Notes: a model not told the origin generated them from the sequence alone. Numbered from the stretch's first letter, positions 1-8,949 are shown. The stretch is 26,870 nucleotides of DNA from Candidatus Hydrogenedentota bacterium (GCA_034408725.1 JAWXCN010000082.1:1-26870); one strand, 5' to 3'. Made by a program: numbers and translations.

Positions 1-1
1 C

Positions 2-754
2 AAGGACGCCGCCGGCAAGGTCATCGCCACGCAGCGGTTTACAAAAACCATCCGCGCCAACGCAAGCGGCAATACATTATCCTGCACCATCCTCGAACCC
101 AACACGAACGGCACCGGCGTCTCCAATAGCCCGTTCTCCGGCGCGCGCATTCCCGATTTGCCGCCCGCGCCCGACCTCTCACAAGTCAAGTTTGGCGCGC
201 CCGTAACACTTTTTAACGGCAAAGACCTCAGCGGCTGGAAACTTACGAACGAGAAACAGGTCAACGGGTGGAGCGCGGTGGATGGAATCCTCGTGAACAA
301 TACAGTCAAGGAGGAAGGGAAGCCATCGAAGCCTTATGGCAACCTGCGCACAGTCGCGGAATTCGAGGACTTCAATCTCGCATGCGAGGTCTATATCGAT
401 CCCAAAGGCAATAGCGGCGTGTACTTGCGTGGGATATACGAGGTGCAGGTCGAGGACAGCTATGGGGAGCCGGTTGACTCGCATAACATGGGCGGAATCT
501 ATAGCCGGATCGCGCCAAGTGTATCTGCCGATAAGCCCGCGGGACAGTGGCAGACGTTGGACATAACGTTGTGCAAGCGTCACGTGACAGTAATCTTGAA
601 TGGTACGACGATAATTGATAACCAACCCTTGCTCGGATGCACTGGTGGCGCACTGACTTCCGACGAATTTAAACCTGGGCCAATTTATCTGCAAGGCGAT
701 CACACGGGTGTGAAATACCGGAATATCGTGTTCAAGCCGATCGTATCTGGGTAA
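2..754 (+). CDS. DUF1080 (3-keto-disaccharide hydrolase family) protein, 5'-partial
   Basis: Frame is open from base 2 (KDAAGKVIATQ...), so the gene starts before the window. Motifs: LFNGKDLSGW, GNSGVYLRG, YEVQVED, GQWQTLDI, GPIYLQGDH, VKYRNI. Confidence 0.9.
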   Translation, partial: KDAAGKVIATQRFTKTIRANASGNTLSCTILEPNTNGTGVSNSPFSGARIPDLPPAPDLSQVKFGAPVTLFNGKDLSGWKLTNEKQVNGWSAVDGILVNNTVKEEGKPSKPYGNLRTVAEFEDFNLACEVYIDPKGNSGVYLRGIYEVQVEDSYGEPVDSHNMGGIYSRIAPSVSADKPAGQWQTLDITLCKRHVTVILNGTTIIDNQPLLGCTGGALTSDEFKPGPIYLQGDHTGVKYRNIVFKPIVSG

Positions 755-759
755 CCCTA

Positions 760-1515
760 TTATCGAGCGAGAATCGCGCGAAGAATCAGGGCAATCCCCA
801 ACACAAATAACATGTTGGTAATCAAAAGCTGAAACCGGGCCGAATCAAGTCGTTTGTCGATTCGCCGGCCAATCAGCGCGCCAATGAGCAATCCCGGCGC
901 GGCAAATAGTGCATACCAACCGACCTCACGCGTAAGTAAGCCTTGTCCTCCTTGCCAGAGCAGAATGCAGATGCCATTCACCACGAACATGCTTTGGAGC
1001 ACGGACTTAAACTCTCCGCGCGGCCAGCGACGCCATGATCCGTAGATGATTGCTGGCGGTCCGTTGGTGGCGTAGGCGGCGCCGAGGACGCCGGAGAGAA
1101 ATCCTGCAACAGAACTGCCAATATATAAAGGGTCTGCGCGCAGGCCGGGCGTACTGGGAGTGCTTGGTCCGGTCCGCGATAAGGTCTCAAATGCGGCGTA
1201 GAGCAACAACACCACGCCGAGCGCGCCCAATACCACTGACTCGGGGAGTGTCGTGATGGCGAGAGTACCCAAGGGAATGCCGAGTATGGAGAAAAGGACC
1301 AGCGGCACAGCGTCGGGCCATGGCCAGTGCGCGCGGTACTGATAGAAGATCGTCGCGGAAAGGCTGAGGCCGACCAAGGTTTGCAGCGGCGTTGCGACTA
1401 CGGGGTGCAGGACGAGGGTGAGAATCGGCATGGCTATTAACGCGGATCCGAAACCGGCCGTGGTGTGGACCGCGCCGCCGAGTAGTAACGCAATGAAAAC
1501 GACAATTTCGGGCAT
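760..1515 (-). CDS. Sulfite exporter TauE/SafE family membrane protein
   Basis: 251 aa, many hydrophobic segments; N-terminal AGFGSALIAMP and second-repeat GFLSGVLGAAYATNGPP motifs. Confidence 0.85.
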   Translation of the reverse strand: MPEIVVFIALLLGGAVHTTAGFGSALIAMPILTLVLHPVVATPLQTLVGLSLSATIFYQYRAHWPWPDAVPLVLFSILGIPLGTLAITTLPESVVLGALGVVLLLYAAFETLSRTGPSTPSTPGLRADPLYIGSSVAGFLSGVLGAAYATNGPPAIIYGSWRRWPRGEFKSVLQSMFVVNGICILLWQGGQGLLTREVGWYALFAAPGLLIGALIGRRIDKRLDSARFQLLITNMLFVLGIALILRAILAR

Positions 1516-1572
1516 TGGGTGGTATTTTACAGATTTTCCTTGTTGGACACGCCGATGGGTATGGAAAGCGCG

Positions 1573-1791
1573 CTATTTGGACTGCGGTGGCGGAGCGGAA
1601 GCCGAAGCGATTGCTGCGTGCGAGCATCCAATAGTTTGCGCTCTCGGACTCCGAATCGCAGTGAAATCAAGCGCAGACACCGCTTTGACTGTTTATGGGC
1701 GACGGCTTCGTGCGCGCGCGAAAAGGGGTAGACCAACTGTGATAAACAGCCAAAGCGGCGCCTTGGGGGCCGCCGCAGTCCAAATAGGCTT
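1573..1791. repeat. REP/REPIN-like nested inverted-repeat element (family A)
   Basis: Outer arms CTATTTGGACTGCGGTGGC (1573-1591) and GCCGCCGCAGTCCAAATAG (1769-1787) are 18/19 complementary. Inner arms CACCGCTTTGACTGTTTAT (1678-1696) and ATAAACAGCCAAAGCGGCG (1742-1760) are 17/19 complementary. The right end recurs at 6800-6865. Confidence 0.85.
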
Positions 1792-1808
1792 TGTTGCATA
1801 ATGTGGTG

Positions 1809-2894
1809 ATGGGAAAATTGATACGACATTGGCGCTGGGACTTGCCGCTCTCGGCGATGGCGGTGCTACTTTTATTGGCGGTTGGCGTCGTGGCTTTTGC
1901 GGATGATAGCAAAGCGCCGGAATCGGTCGTCCCCGAGGAAATGCCGGAGGGGTATTTCCAGATTATTACATCGCATCCGGCGATGTACACGCAATTCGAA
2001 TTCACCATTATCGCCGAAGAGAGCAAGTTTTCGCGGGAGGACATGCAGGGCGCGGCACAGGAGGCGTTCGCGGCGATTGATCGGCTGGAAGACTTGATCA
2101 GCACGTGGCGGCGCGGTACGCAGGCCTCGCGCATCAACTCCGAAGGCGCGCAGCATTCTGTGGGCGTAGCGCCTACCGTGCTGAATCTCGTCGAATCCTG
2201 CGTGCGGTATTGGCGCGATACAGATAAGGCGTTCGACATCACCGTCGGGCCGTTGGTCGAGCTGTGGCGCACGTGCAAAATGGAAAAACGTCTTCCGACG
2301 GAAGAAGAACTGACCGCCGCACGCGCAGTCGTGGGTTCGGACAAGTTGGTGGTTGTGCCCGATGATCACAGCGTCGGGTTCGCAACACTGGGCATGCGGC
2401 TCGACTTCGGCGGGATTGCGAAAGGCTGGGCGTTGGACCGCGCACATCAAGTGCTTGAGGAGTATGGGGTGTCCTGCGCGTTGCTGGATGCGGGCACGAG
2501 TTCAATGCTGGCAATCGGCGCGCCGCCGGGAAAACCGGGTTGGACTGTGCAGTTGCGCCATCCGTATAATAAGGAATTGCTGGAGGAAGCCATTATTCGC
2601 GATGAAGCCCTGTCGACATCGGGGTACGCGCTCGACTTCTTCGAGGTGAATGGGAAAAAGTACGGGCACATCATTGATCCGCGCACGGGCATGCCGACCC
2701 AAGGAACGCTCTATGCGATGGCGATTGGCTCTTCCGGTTCCCAAACGGAAGCGTTGAGCAAGGGCTTTTTCATCAACGGCATTGATTGGGCCCAACGGTA
2801 TTGCGAACAACATCCGGACACGCGGGGACTTATCGTGCCCGACCCTGGACCGGGAGAATCACCCAAACCTGTCCGCATTAACATGGCGAAATGA
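1809..2894 (+). CDS. apbE: FAD:protein FMN transferase (ApbE/Ftp family), exported
   Basis: Motifs AFDITVGPL, DFGGIAKGWALD, ALSTSG and HIIDPRTG; N-terminal hydrophobic signal. Start uncertain (ATG 1809 or 1857). Confidence 0.9.
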   Translation: MGKLIRHWRWDLPLSAMAVLLLLAVGVVAFADDSKAPESVVPEEMPEGYFQIITSHPAMYTQFEFTIIAEESKFSREDMQGAAQEAFAAIDRLEDLISTWRRGTQASRINSEGAQHSVGVAPTVLNLVESCVRYWRDTDKAFDITVGPLVELWRTCKMEKRLPTEEELTAARAVVGSDKLVVVPDDHSVGFATLGMRLDFGGIAKGWALDRAHQVLEEYGVSCALLDAGTSSMLAIGAPPGKPGWTVQLRHPYNKELLEEAIIRDEALSTSGYALDFFEVNGKKYGHIIDPRTGMPTQGTLYAMAIGSSGSQTEALSKGFFINGIDWAQRYCEQHPDTRGLIVPDPGPGESPKPVRINMAK

Positions 2895-2901
2895 AAGGAA
2901 T

Positions 2902-4437
2902 ATGGCGATGGATGTTTCGAGACGGAATTTCATAAAGGCGGCGGGCACTACTGCCAGCGTGATGGTCGCCACTGGTTGGTCTCCGCTCGCTTATGCGCAA
3001 AACGAAAAAGTACGGCTCGCGATTATTGGCACGGGCAGCCAGAATAAATTTCATATCGAGAATGGCATCGCGGGCAATCCTCAAATTCAGGTGACGGCGA
3101 TGTCGGACGTGTTGCGCCCGAGTCTGGTTACCGGCCTGAAAACGCTCATTCCGGATGCGACCAAGGACATGCCGGCCGACCAGGCCGCCGCCATCAAAGA
3201 AAAGCAGAACGCGTTCTATAAGGACCATTGCTATCTCAACTACCGCGAGATGCTGGACAAGGAAAAGGACAACATTGACGCGGTACTGATTGCCACGCCG
3301 TTCAAGACGCATTATGACATCGTGATGGATTGTCTTGACGCGGGTAAACATGTTTTCTGCGAAAAGACAATGGCGGACACTTACGAGCGGTGCCGTAACA
3401 TCGTCACGAAATGCCATGAAACCGGAAAGTTCGTGCAGTGCGGCCACCAGCGCCGGTATAGCCCGGAGTATATCCATGCCGCAAAGGGTTTTATGGATAA
3501 TCTCAATCCGCGACTGGGCCGCGTGCAGTACATCGAGGCGCAGTGGCACCGCAATGGCGACTGGCGGCGACCCCTTCCCAAAAAGGCAGACGGAACCGAA
3601 TATCAACTGAGCGAGGCCGAACAGGCGCTGATCGGTGATCAGGAAGCGTATCGCAAGCTTGTCAACTGGCGCATCTACGAAGAATACAGCGCGGGCCTCA
3701 TTAGTGAGCTGGCGACGCACCACATCGAGGTGATCAACTGGATGCTCGGCACGCCGCCGCGCCGCGTGTGGGCGACCGGCGGCACAGACTACTGGAAAGA
3801 TGATCGCGACACCTACGACAACGTCATCCTTGTTTTTGAATACGATGTAAATTCGCGCCACACCGGATTCATCCCAACGAGTCCGGTGACCGGTATCGAA
3901 CAAATCGACCCCGTCAAGATGAACAAGCCATACACCGTGCGGTTCACGTGGACTGGCACGTTGCAAAGTTCTCTGAAGGGTGAATCCATTCTCATGTGCG
4001 GCGACAAGGGTTCGTACATTCTGCGTGAACGGCTGGATCGCGCGCAGCGCGGTTGTGTGTTTCAGGAGGAGCCCAAGAAAATCTGGCTCGACCCGGAAAC
4101 CATGCAGCCGACGACGGACGAGAAAATAATTTCCTGGATCAAGTCCTCTGGCCAGAGTCAAAAATACTCGAAGCTGGTCGATGTCGACCCCGTGTTGTTT
4201 GAGAACGAACTTGATCCGGCCGCATTCGACAAGATTTCCGACGTGCATCAGTTCGAGGCGTTTGCCAAGCACATTAAAGAAGGCGGCGTTCCGCGGACGA
4301 ACCAGATGTGTGGACTGATGGCGTCGATCTGCGACATTGCGGCGCACGAGGCTTCGCTGTCGAAACAGGTAGTCGAGATCGATCCGGCCATTTACAAGTT
4401 CGACTTTGAAACGCCGGACCCGTTCCTGCTCGTATAA
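2902..4437 (+). CDS. Tat-exported Gfo/Idh/MocA family oxidoreductase
   Basis: RBS AAAGGA at 2894-2899; twin-arginine signal SRRNFIK; motifs IIGTGSQ, DAVLIATP..H, GKHVFCEK, GHQRRY, NWR.Y.EYS.GL..EL..H. Confidence 0.9.
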   Translation: MAMDVSRRNFIKAAGTTASVMVATGWSPLAYAQNEKVRLAIIGTGSQNKFHIENGIAGNPQIQVTAMSDVLRPSLVTGLKTLIPDATKDMPADQAAAIKEKQNAFYKDHCYLNYREMLDKEKDNIDAVLIATPFKTHYDIVMDCLDAGKHVFCEKTMADTYERCRNIVTKCHETGKFVQCGHQRRYSPEYIHAAKGFMDNLNPRLGRVQYIEAQWHRNGDWRRPLPKKADGTEYQLSEAEQALIGDQEAYRKLVNWRIYEEYSAGLISELATHHIEVINWMLGTPPRRVWATGGTDYWKDDRDTYDNVILVFEYDVNSRHTGFIPTSPVTGIEQIDPVKMNKPYTVRFTWTGTLQSSLKGESILMCGDKGSYILRERLDRAQRGCVFQEEPKKIWLDPETMQPTTDEKIISWIKSSGQSQKYSKLVDVDPVLFENELDPAAFDKISDVHQFEAFAKHIKEGGVPRTNQMCGLMASICDIAAHEASLSKQVVEIDPAIYKFDFETPDPFLLV

Positions 4438-4443
4438 TGTAAT

Positions 4444-4488
4444 AACAACACGGGCGCGGACTGGCGTGTCCGCGCCTGTGTTGTTTTT
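4444..4488 (+). terminator. Intrinsic terminator after the apbE-gfo operon
   Basis: 18-bp stem AACAACACGGGCGCGGAC / GTCCGCGCCTGTGTTGTT (one G-U pair), 6-nt loop, ends in a T run. Confidence 0.8.
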
Positions 4489-4496
4489 GGATTTTC

Positions 4497-6281
4497 ATGG
4501 AAAACACACACCCTCGAAGTGAATACCAGCAGCGCCTCGCCGCGCGCGAAGCAATGGTGCGCACGTTGGCCGGACGCGAATCATTGGTGGCCAATCTGCG
4601 GCTCATTGTGTTTGCCCTGGGCCTGATAATTGCCTGGGCAGCGTTGTGGATGCACTGGATTCCGTGGCAGGTGATCGGTCTGCCGATCGCCGCGTTTGTT
4701 GCGCTTGCGCTCTGGCACGATCGTATCCTGCGCGCGCGCGCGAATGCACGGCTCGCCGTGGCGCACTACCAGCGGTGTCTTGCGCGTGTCGAAGACCGTT
4801 GGGCGGGCACCGGTATTCCCGGCGACGAACTGCTTCCAGAGCACCATCCCTACGCGGTCGATCTGGATTTGTTTGGACGGGGATCGTTGTTCGAGCTGTT
4901 GTGTACCGCGCGCACTCGCGCCGGCGAGCGCACGTTGGCGGCGTGGCTAACCGCGCCCGCGGATGCCGCGATGGTCCGGTCGCGGCAGGAAGCTTTGCAG
5001 GAAATGCGCGACAGATTGGATCTCGGCGAGGAACTTTCCCTGCTTGGTTCGGACGTGAATCGTGGCGTGCTTCCCGAAGTGCTCGTGAAGTGGGCAGAGG
5101 CGCCGCAGACATTTACGACGAATACGCCGAGGCGCATCGCGTTTGTAGTGGGCGCGTATAACCTATTGGCGCTTGCTGCGTGGATCGCTCTTGAAACAGG
5201 GCCGAGTCCGCTGTTGCTGGGCATGATCGTGGCAGTACTCGCGGAACGGATTACCGGAAACCGCGCGCATCGCGTCGTTGAATCGGTCAGCGAACCGTGC
5301 CGTGAATTGGACGTGTTGGCCAGGGTGCTTGCCCGGCTCGAACGCGAACCTTTCACGCACGGACGCTTGCGCGACGTTCAGGCCTCGCTCGTGTCGGACG
5401 GCGCGCGCGCCTCCGAATGCATCGCGCGCCTTGACCGCCTCGTAACGTGGCACGAATCACGCCAGAACCAGCTATTCATTCCCATCGCGTTGATGACTAT
5501 GTGGGACGTGCATTTCGCGTACGCGTTCGAGCGCTGGCGCGCTCGATACGGAGGAAGCGTGCGGCGCTGGCTCGAAGCATTGGGTGAACTGGAAGCGTTG
5601 GTATCTCTGGCGGCGTATCATTACGAGCATCCCGAAGACCCGTTTCCTGAGATCGTTGAAACGGGCGCGGAGTTCGACGGTGTGGATATCGGGCATCCGT
5701 TGTTGGGCGCGACGGGCGTGCGCAATACCTTGCGCCTGGACAACAAGTCCCGAATATACATCGTGAGCGGATCGAACATGAGCGGTAAAAGCACGCTGCT
5801 GCGCACGGTGGGCATTAACACCGTGTTGGCGCTGGCGGGCGCTCCGGTGTGCGCGGCCTCGTTGCGGGTGACACCAATGAAGATTGGCGCGACTTTGCGC
5901 GTGCAGGATTCGATCCAAACCGGCGATTCGCGATTCTACGCGGAAATCCGGCGCTTGCATCAGCTTTCACTCCTGGCAACGGGTCCGATGCCATTGTTGT
6001 TTCTGCTTGATGAAATATTGCATGGGACAAATTCGCATGATCGGAAGATTGGTGCGGAAGCCGTGCTGCGCAGCTTCATCGAGGCAGGCGGCATTGGACT
6101 TGTAACGACGCATGATCTCGCGTTGACATCGAGTGCTGACCATTTACCGGACGCGGTGAACGTGCATTTCGAGGATCATATAAAGGACGGACAGCTTGCT
6201 TTCGACTATCGGATGCGGCCTGGCGTTGTTCAGAAGAGCAATGCATTGGAATTGATGCGGCGAATTGGATTGCCGATTTAA
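4497..6281 (+). CDS. Membrane-anchored MutS-related ATPase (domain V type, not canonical MutS1)
   Basis: Walker A GSNMSGKST, SRFYAE, Walker B FLLDEILHGTNS, TTHD and FDY..RPG motifs; hydrophobic helices in the N-terminal half; no mismatch-binding domain recognised. Confidence 0.85.
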   Translation: MENTHPRSEYQQRLAAREAMVRTLAGRESLVANLRLIVFALGLIIAWAALWMHWIPWQVIGLPIAAFVALALWHDRILRARANARLAVAHYQRCLARVEDRWAGTGIPGDELLPEHHPYAVDLDLFGRGSLFELLCTARTRAGERTLAAWLTAPADAAMVRSRQEALQEMRDRLDLGEELSLLGSDVNRGVLPEVLVKWAEAPQTFTTNTPRRIAFVVGAYNLLALAAWIALETGPSPLLLGMIVAVLAERITGNRAHRVVESVSEPCRELDVLARVLARLEREPFTHGRLRDVQASLVSDGARASECIARLDRLVTWHESRQNQLFIPIALMTMWDVHFAYAFERWRARYGGSVRRWLEALGELEALVSLAAYHYEHPEDPFPEIVETGAEFDGVDIGHPLLGATGVRNTLRLDNKSRIYIVSGSNMSGKSTLLRTVGINTVLALAGAPVCAASLRVTPMKIGATLRVQDSIQTGDSRFYAEIRRLHQLSLLATGPMPLLFLLDEILHGTNSHDRKIGAEAVLRSFIEAGGIGLVTTHDLALTSSADHLPDAVNVHFEDHIKDGQLAFDYRMRPGVVQKSNALELMRRIGLPI

Positions 6282-6321
6282 TTGGGTTTACGGCGCAGAC
6301 CTACCCTTCGTTAGTAGTGCG

Positions 6322-6341
6322 TGTGAATAAGATGTGGATAA
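6322..6341 (-). promoter_or_regulatory. Two tandem consensus DnaA boxes
   Basis: TGTGAATAA (6322-6330) and TGTGGATAA (6333-6341) read TTATTCACA and TTATCCACA on the minus strand; 11-bp period. Confidence 0.55.
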
Positions 6342-6424
6342 CTTTTTTGCGCATCCGGTTTAGGGACAGCCAACCGATTTCGTTTGGGCGAAATCGGTGA
6401 CAGTCCCCTGGGCGTAAAGTGATC

Positions 6425-6470
6425 ATCTCGCAAACTTTTCGTTGCGATATTTTGCGCGGCGTGGTATCGT
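6425..6470 (+). promoter_or_regulatory. Putative sigma70 promoter with overlapping palindrome
   Basis: TTGCGA (6442-6447), N17, TATCGT (6465-6470), with a TG extension. The inverted repeat ATCTCGCAA/TTGCGATAT (8/9) covers the -35. Confidence 0.45.
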
Positions 6471-6517
6471 TCTTTTTGTAGGGGTTGATGTACGTTCGAG
6501 CATTCTCGGGGGAATGA

Positions 6518-6754
6518 ATGTCTACGCCGAACCTGGCCGAACAGGTCGCTCAAAAAATTAGGTCGCTGCCCAGCGACAAGCAACAAGAAGTGTTGAAGTC
6601 CATCGAGCTCATCGTGGCGGAAGCTACGCGTGTCACGCCGCAAAAATTCGCGGGTGCTGCATGGGCGGCGTCAACATCTTCCGAAACCGACGAGTTGCGC
6701 CCCGACGTGTGGCGTTTCACGGCCGGTACCCGCCCCACGCCACCATCGCCCTAA
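6518..6754 (+). CDS. Small DUF2281-like (putative antitoxin-type) protein
   Basis: N-terminus LAEQVAQKIRSLPSDKQQEVLKSIELI resembles the DUF2281 pattern L..LP...Q.EVLDF..FL; purine-rich RBS GGGGA upstream. Confidence 0.55.
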   Translation: MSTPNLAEQVAQKIRSLPSDKQQEVLKSIELIVAEATRVTPQKFAGAAWAASTSSETDELRPDVWRFTAGTRPTPPSP

Positions 6755-6799
6755 CGGGTTTCATTTGCGATCTCTAATCAGCGTCCGCGCGCACAGTCA

Positions 6800-6865
6800 G
6801 GGTAGACCATCTGTGATGAGCAGCCAAAGCGGCGCCTTGGGGGCCGCCGCAGTCCAAATAGGCTT
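6800..6865. repeat. Second, partial copy of family A REP-like element
   Basis: 63/66 nt identical to 1726-1791, same orientation; lies between convergent genes. Confidence 0.9.
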
Positions 6866-6950
6866 CTTGTTAGGACGTGGTTTTGGGTGGAGGGCCATTT
6901 GTATCGGGTGTCGAAGTGGTCTTGCTGCGGTTGTGTTCTGTTCCGTAGTC

Positions 6951-8066
6951 CTATTTCGCCGGCAGATCAGTTTCGTCTACCGAAAGCGCTAGAAATGGCG
7001 CTTGTTTGCCTTCTGGGCCGTAGGTGTAGCGGGTAAAGACCCAAAGTTCACCGGGCGCGCGTTCGAGTATGTAGGGATACGAGAACTGCCCGCCGTCCTG
7101 GTACGCAATGAGCGTTGGTTTGCTCCAGGTTTTGCCGTCATCATCTGAGAAGGCGATGGACAATTCTTCGCGGTGCCACGACGCGGGAGTTTCCGCGGTG
7201 GATGGGCCGGACGATTTTTCCCACTCGCCTTTTCGTTCGGAGTTGAGCCGGTTCCATACGAGGACAAGCCTTCCACTCTGCAACCGCGTCAACCAACCGG
7301 GCGCGCTGCTGGCGTCGATGCCGCTGGGTTCGATGGTGCGCCAATAGAGTCCGTCGTCGGAATACGCGCGCCAGAATTGATCGAGGTTGGTGCGGATCAA
7401 CATCATTAGTCGGCCGTCTTTCAGTTCGACGGCCATGGGTTCGACAGCGCCGTCGTGGTGGCCGCGACCACCGAGATCGATCCAGTTTCCACGCCGCCAC
7501 GTTTTGCCGTCGTCGTCGGAGATGAACGAACAAACGACCCAGCGCTTCAAATCGGGATCGAGATGCTCGACGGTTGCAACCAGCCGTCCCTTGCTTGTTT
7601 GAATGAAGCCCATGTAATCGGCGTTGTATCCCGCAAGAAGCTGCTGGTTGTCGATCCATGTTTTACCGCCGTCGATGCTGCGGACGGACCATAGCTCGAG
7701 TTTGCAGGAGGGATCGGGTTCGTTTTTTTCGTCGTTCCACTTGAAAGTGTAATCGTCGAAATTGAGATAGGTGATCACGATGGCTTTTTCGCGCGTGCGG
7801 AGCATTTGCCCGACGTGGCCGACGTGTTCCATGTTTAGCCCGGAGGCAATTTCGGGGCTTGCGGGCGACCAAGTCTTTCCAGCGTCGGTGCTTTTATGAA
7901 GCATCTTGCCGGTCACGGCGAGCAGCGCGCCGTCGGCATCCTGAATAAAAGGTCCGTTTTTGGAAATGTCCAGCACCGTGCAACGTGGATCTAGCCAGCG
8001 TTCGGCCTGGGCCTGCGCGAGCGCGGGCAGGACCAACAGAAGGATAAGCACTTTCGACCAATTCAT
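6951..8066 (-). CDS. Secreted BNR/Asp-box (sialidase-like) beta-propeller hydrolase
   Basis: Start MNWSKVLILL at 8066 with RBS GGAGGT; signal peptide; Asp boxes STDAGKTW, SIDGGKTW, SDDDGKTW (twice) and SDDGLYW; EP, IRT and SYP motifs. Confidence 0.85.
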   Translation of the reverse strand: MNWSKVLILLLVLPALAQAQAERWLDPRCTVLDISKNGPFIQDADGALLAVTGKMLHKSTDAGKTWSPASPEIASGLNMEHVGHVGQMLRTREKAIVITYLNFDDYTFKWNDEKNEPDPSCKLELWSVRSIDGGKTWIDNQQLLAGYNADYMGFIQTSKGRLVATVEHLDPDLKRWVVCSFISDDDGKTWRRGNWIDLGGRGHHDGAVEPMAVELKDGRLMMLIRTNLDQFWRAYSDDGLYWRTIEPSGIDASSAPGWLTRLQSGRLVLVWNRLNSERKGEWEKSSGPSTAETPASWHREELSIAFSDDDGKTWSKPTLIAYQDGGQFSYPYILERAPGELWVFTRYTYGPEGKQAPFLALSVDETDLPAK

Positions 8067-8172
8067 GAATGCACCTCCATAAGTAACGTAACGCGGTCTG
8101 TTGATTCGTGCCGCGGCGCGTACGCAGTATATAAGGTTTCCGGCGGATTTAGGACAACGGGGAGCAAGGTGA

Positions 8173-8907
8173 ATGGCCGGCATTCGGGTGATGGTATGGA
8201 ACGAGGGCGTGCATGAGCGCATGGACGAGGTGGTGCGATCTATATATCCAGACGGAATGGGCAGGCAAATTGCCCGGTATCTGGAATTTCAGACGGGGAT
8301 TGATTCTGTGCAGGTCTCGGAATTGCACCATCCGGAGCAAGGGTTGGCGCATGAAATTCTAAACCGCACGGATGTGATGACATGGTGGGGCCACAAGGCA
8401 CACGCGGACGTGTTGGACGAGCATGTGGCGCGCGTGCATGCGCGGGTGCTTGACGGGATGGGTTTGATCGTGTTGCACTCCGGGCATCACTCGAAAATAT
8501 TTCGCAAGTTGATGGGTACTTCATGCGATCTGAAGTGGCGTGACATTGGCGAGCGGGAACGCCTCTGGGTCGTTGATCCCGGCCACCCGATTGCGGATGG
8601 TTTGCCGGAGTATATCGAATTGCCGCGGGTTGAAATGTATGGGGAGCATTTCGATATTCCGCAACCGGAACGGCAGGTGTTTGTGAGCTGGTTTCAAGGG
8701 GGAGAGGTATTTCGCAGCGGATGTTGCTGGCATCGCGGGAAGGGCAAGATTTTTTATTTCAGGCCGGGACACGAGACCTACCCGATATATCACAATGAGC
8801 AGGTATTGCGCGTCATTTATAACGCGGTGAAGTGGGCCGCACCGTCGGGGGTAGGGAGTATTAGGCGGGGGAATGTTGAGGCGATTGAGGATGTGAATGG
8901 GGAGTGA
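8173..8907 (+). CDS. thuA: ThuA family (trehalose utilisation) protein
   Basis: Motifs VWNEGVHE, YPDGM, PEQGL, WWGH.AH, GMGLIVLHSGH.SKIF, EMYGE.FDIP, SWF.GGEVFRSG and FYFRPGHETYPIYH. Confidence 0.93.
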   Translation: MAGIRVMVWNEGVHERMDEVVRSIYPDGMGRQIARYLEFQTGIDSVQVSELHHPEQGLAHEILNRTDVMTWWGHKAHADVLDEHVARVHARVLDGMGLIVLHSGHHSKIFRKLMGTSCDLKWRDIGERERLWVVDPGHPIADGLPEYIELPRVEMYGEHFDIPQPERQVFVSWFQGGEVFRSGCCWHRGKGKIFYFRPGHETYPIYHNEQVLRVIYNAVKWAAPSGVGSIRRGNVEAIEDVNGE

Positions 8908-8949
8908 AGAGAAGAGGAAACCTGCGGTCGGCGGCGTGGCGCGGTCAGG

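Noticed and set aside
2878-4347. 489-aa antisense ORF
   Set aside because: Shadow of the Gfo/Idh/MocA gene, expected from GC codon bias; no recognisable motifs.
6282-6517. Replication origin
   Set aside because: Only two DnaA boxes, no clear AT-rich unwinding element, and no dnaA/dnaN neighbours.
8067-8222. Upstream extension of the sialidase ORF (likewise extensions at 2782, 12438 and 13687)
   Set aside because: Downstream starts have better RBSs and give proper signal peptides or domain starts without overlaps.
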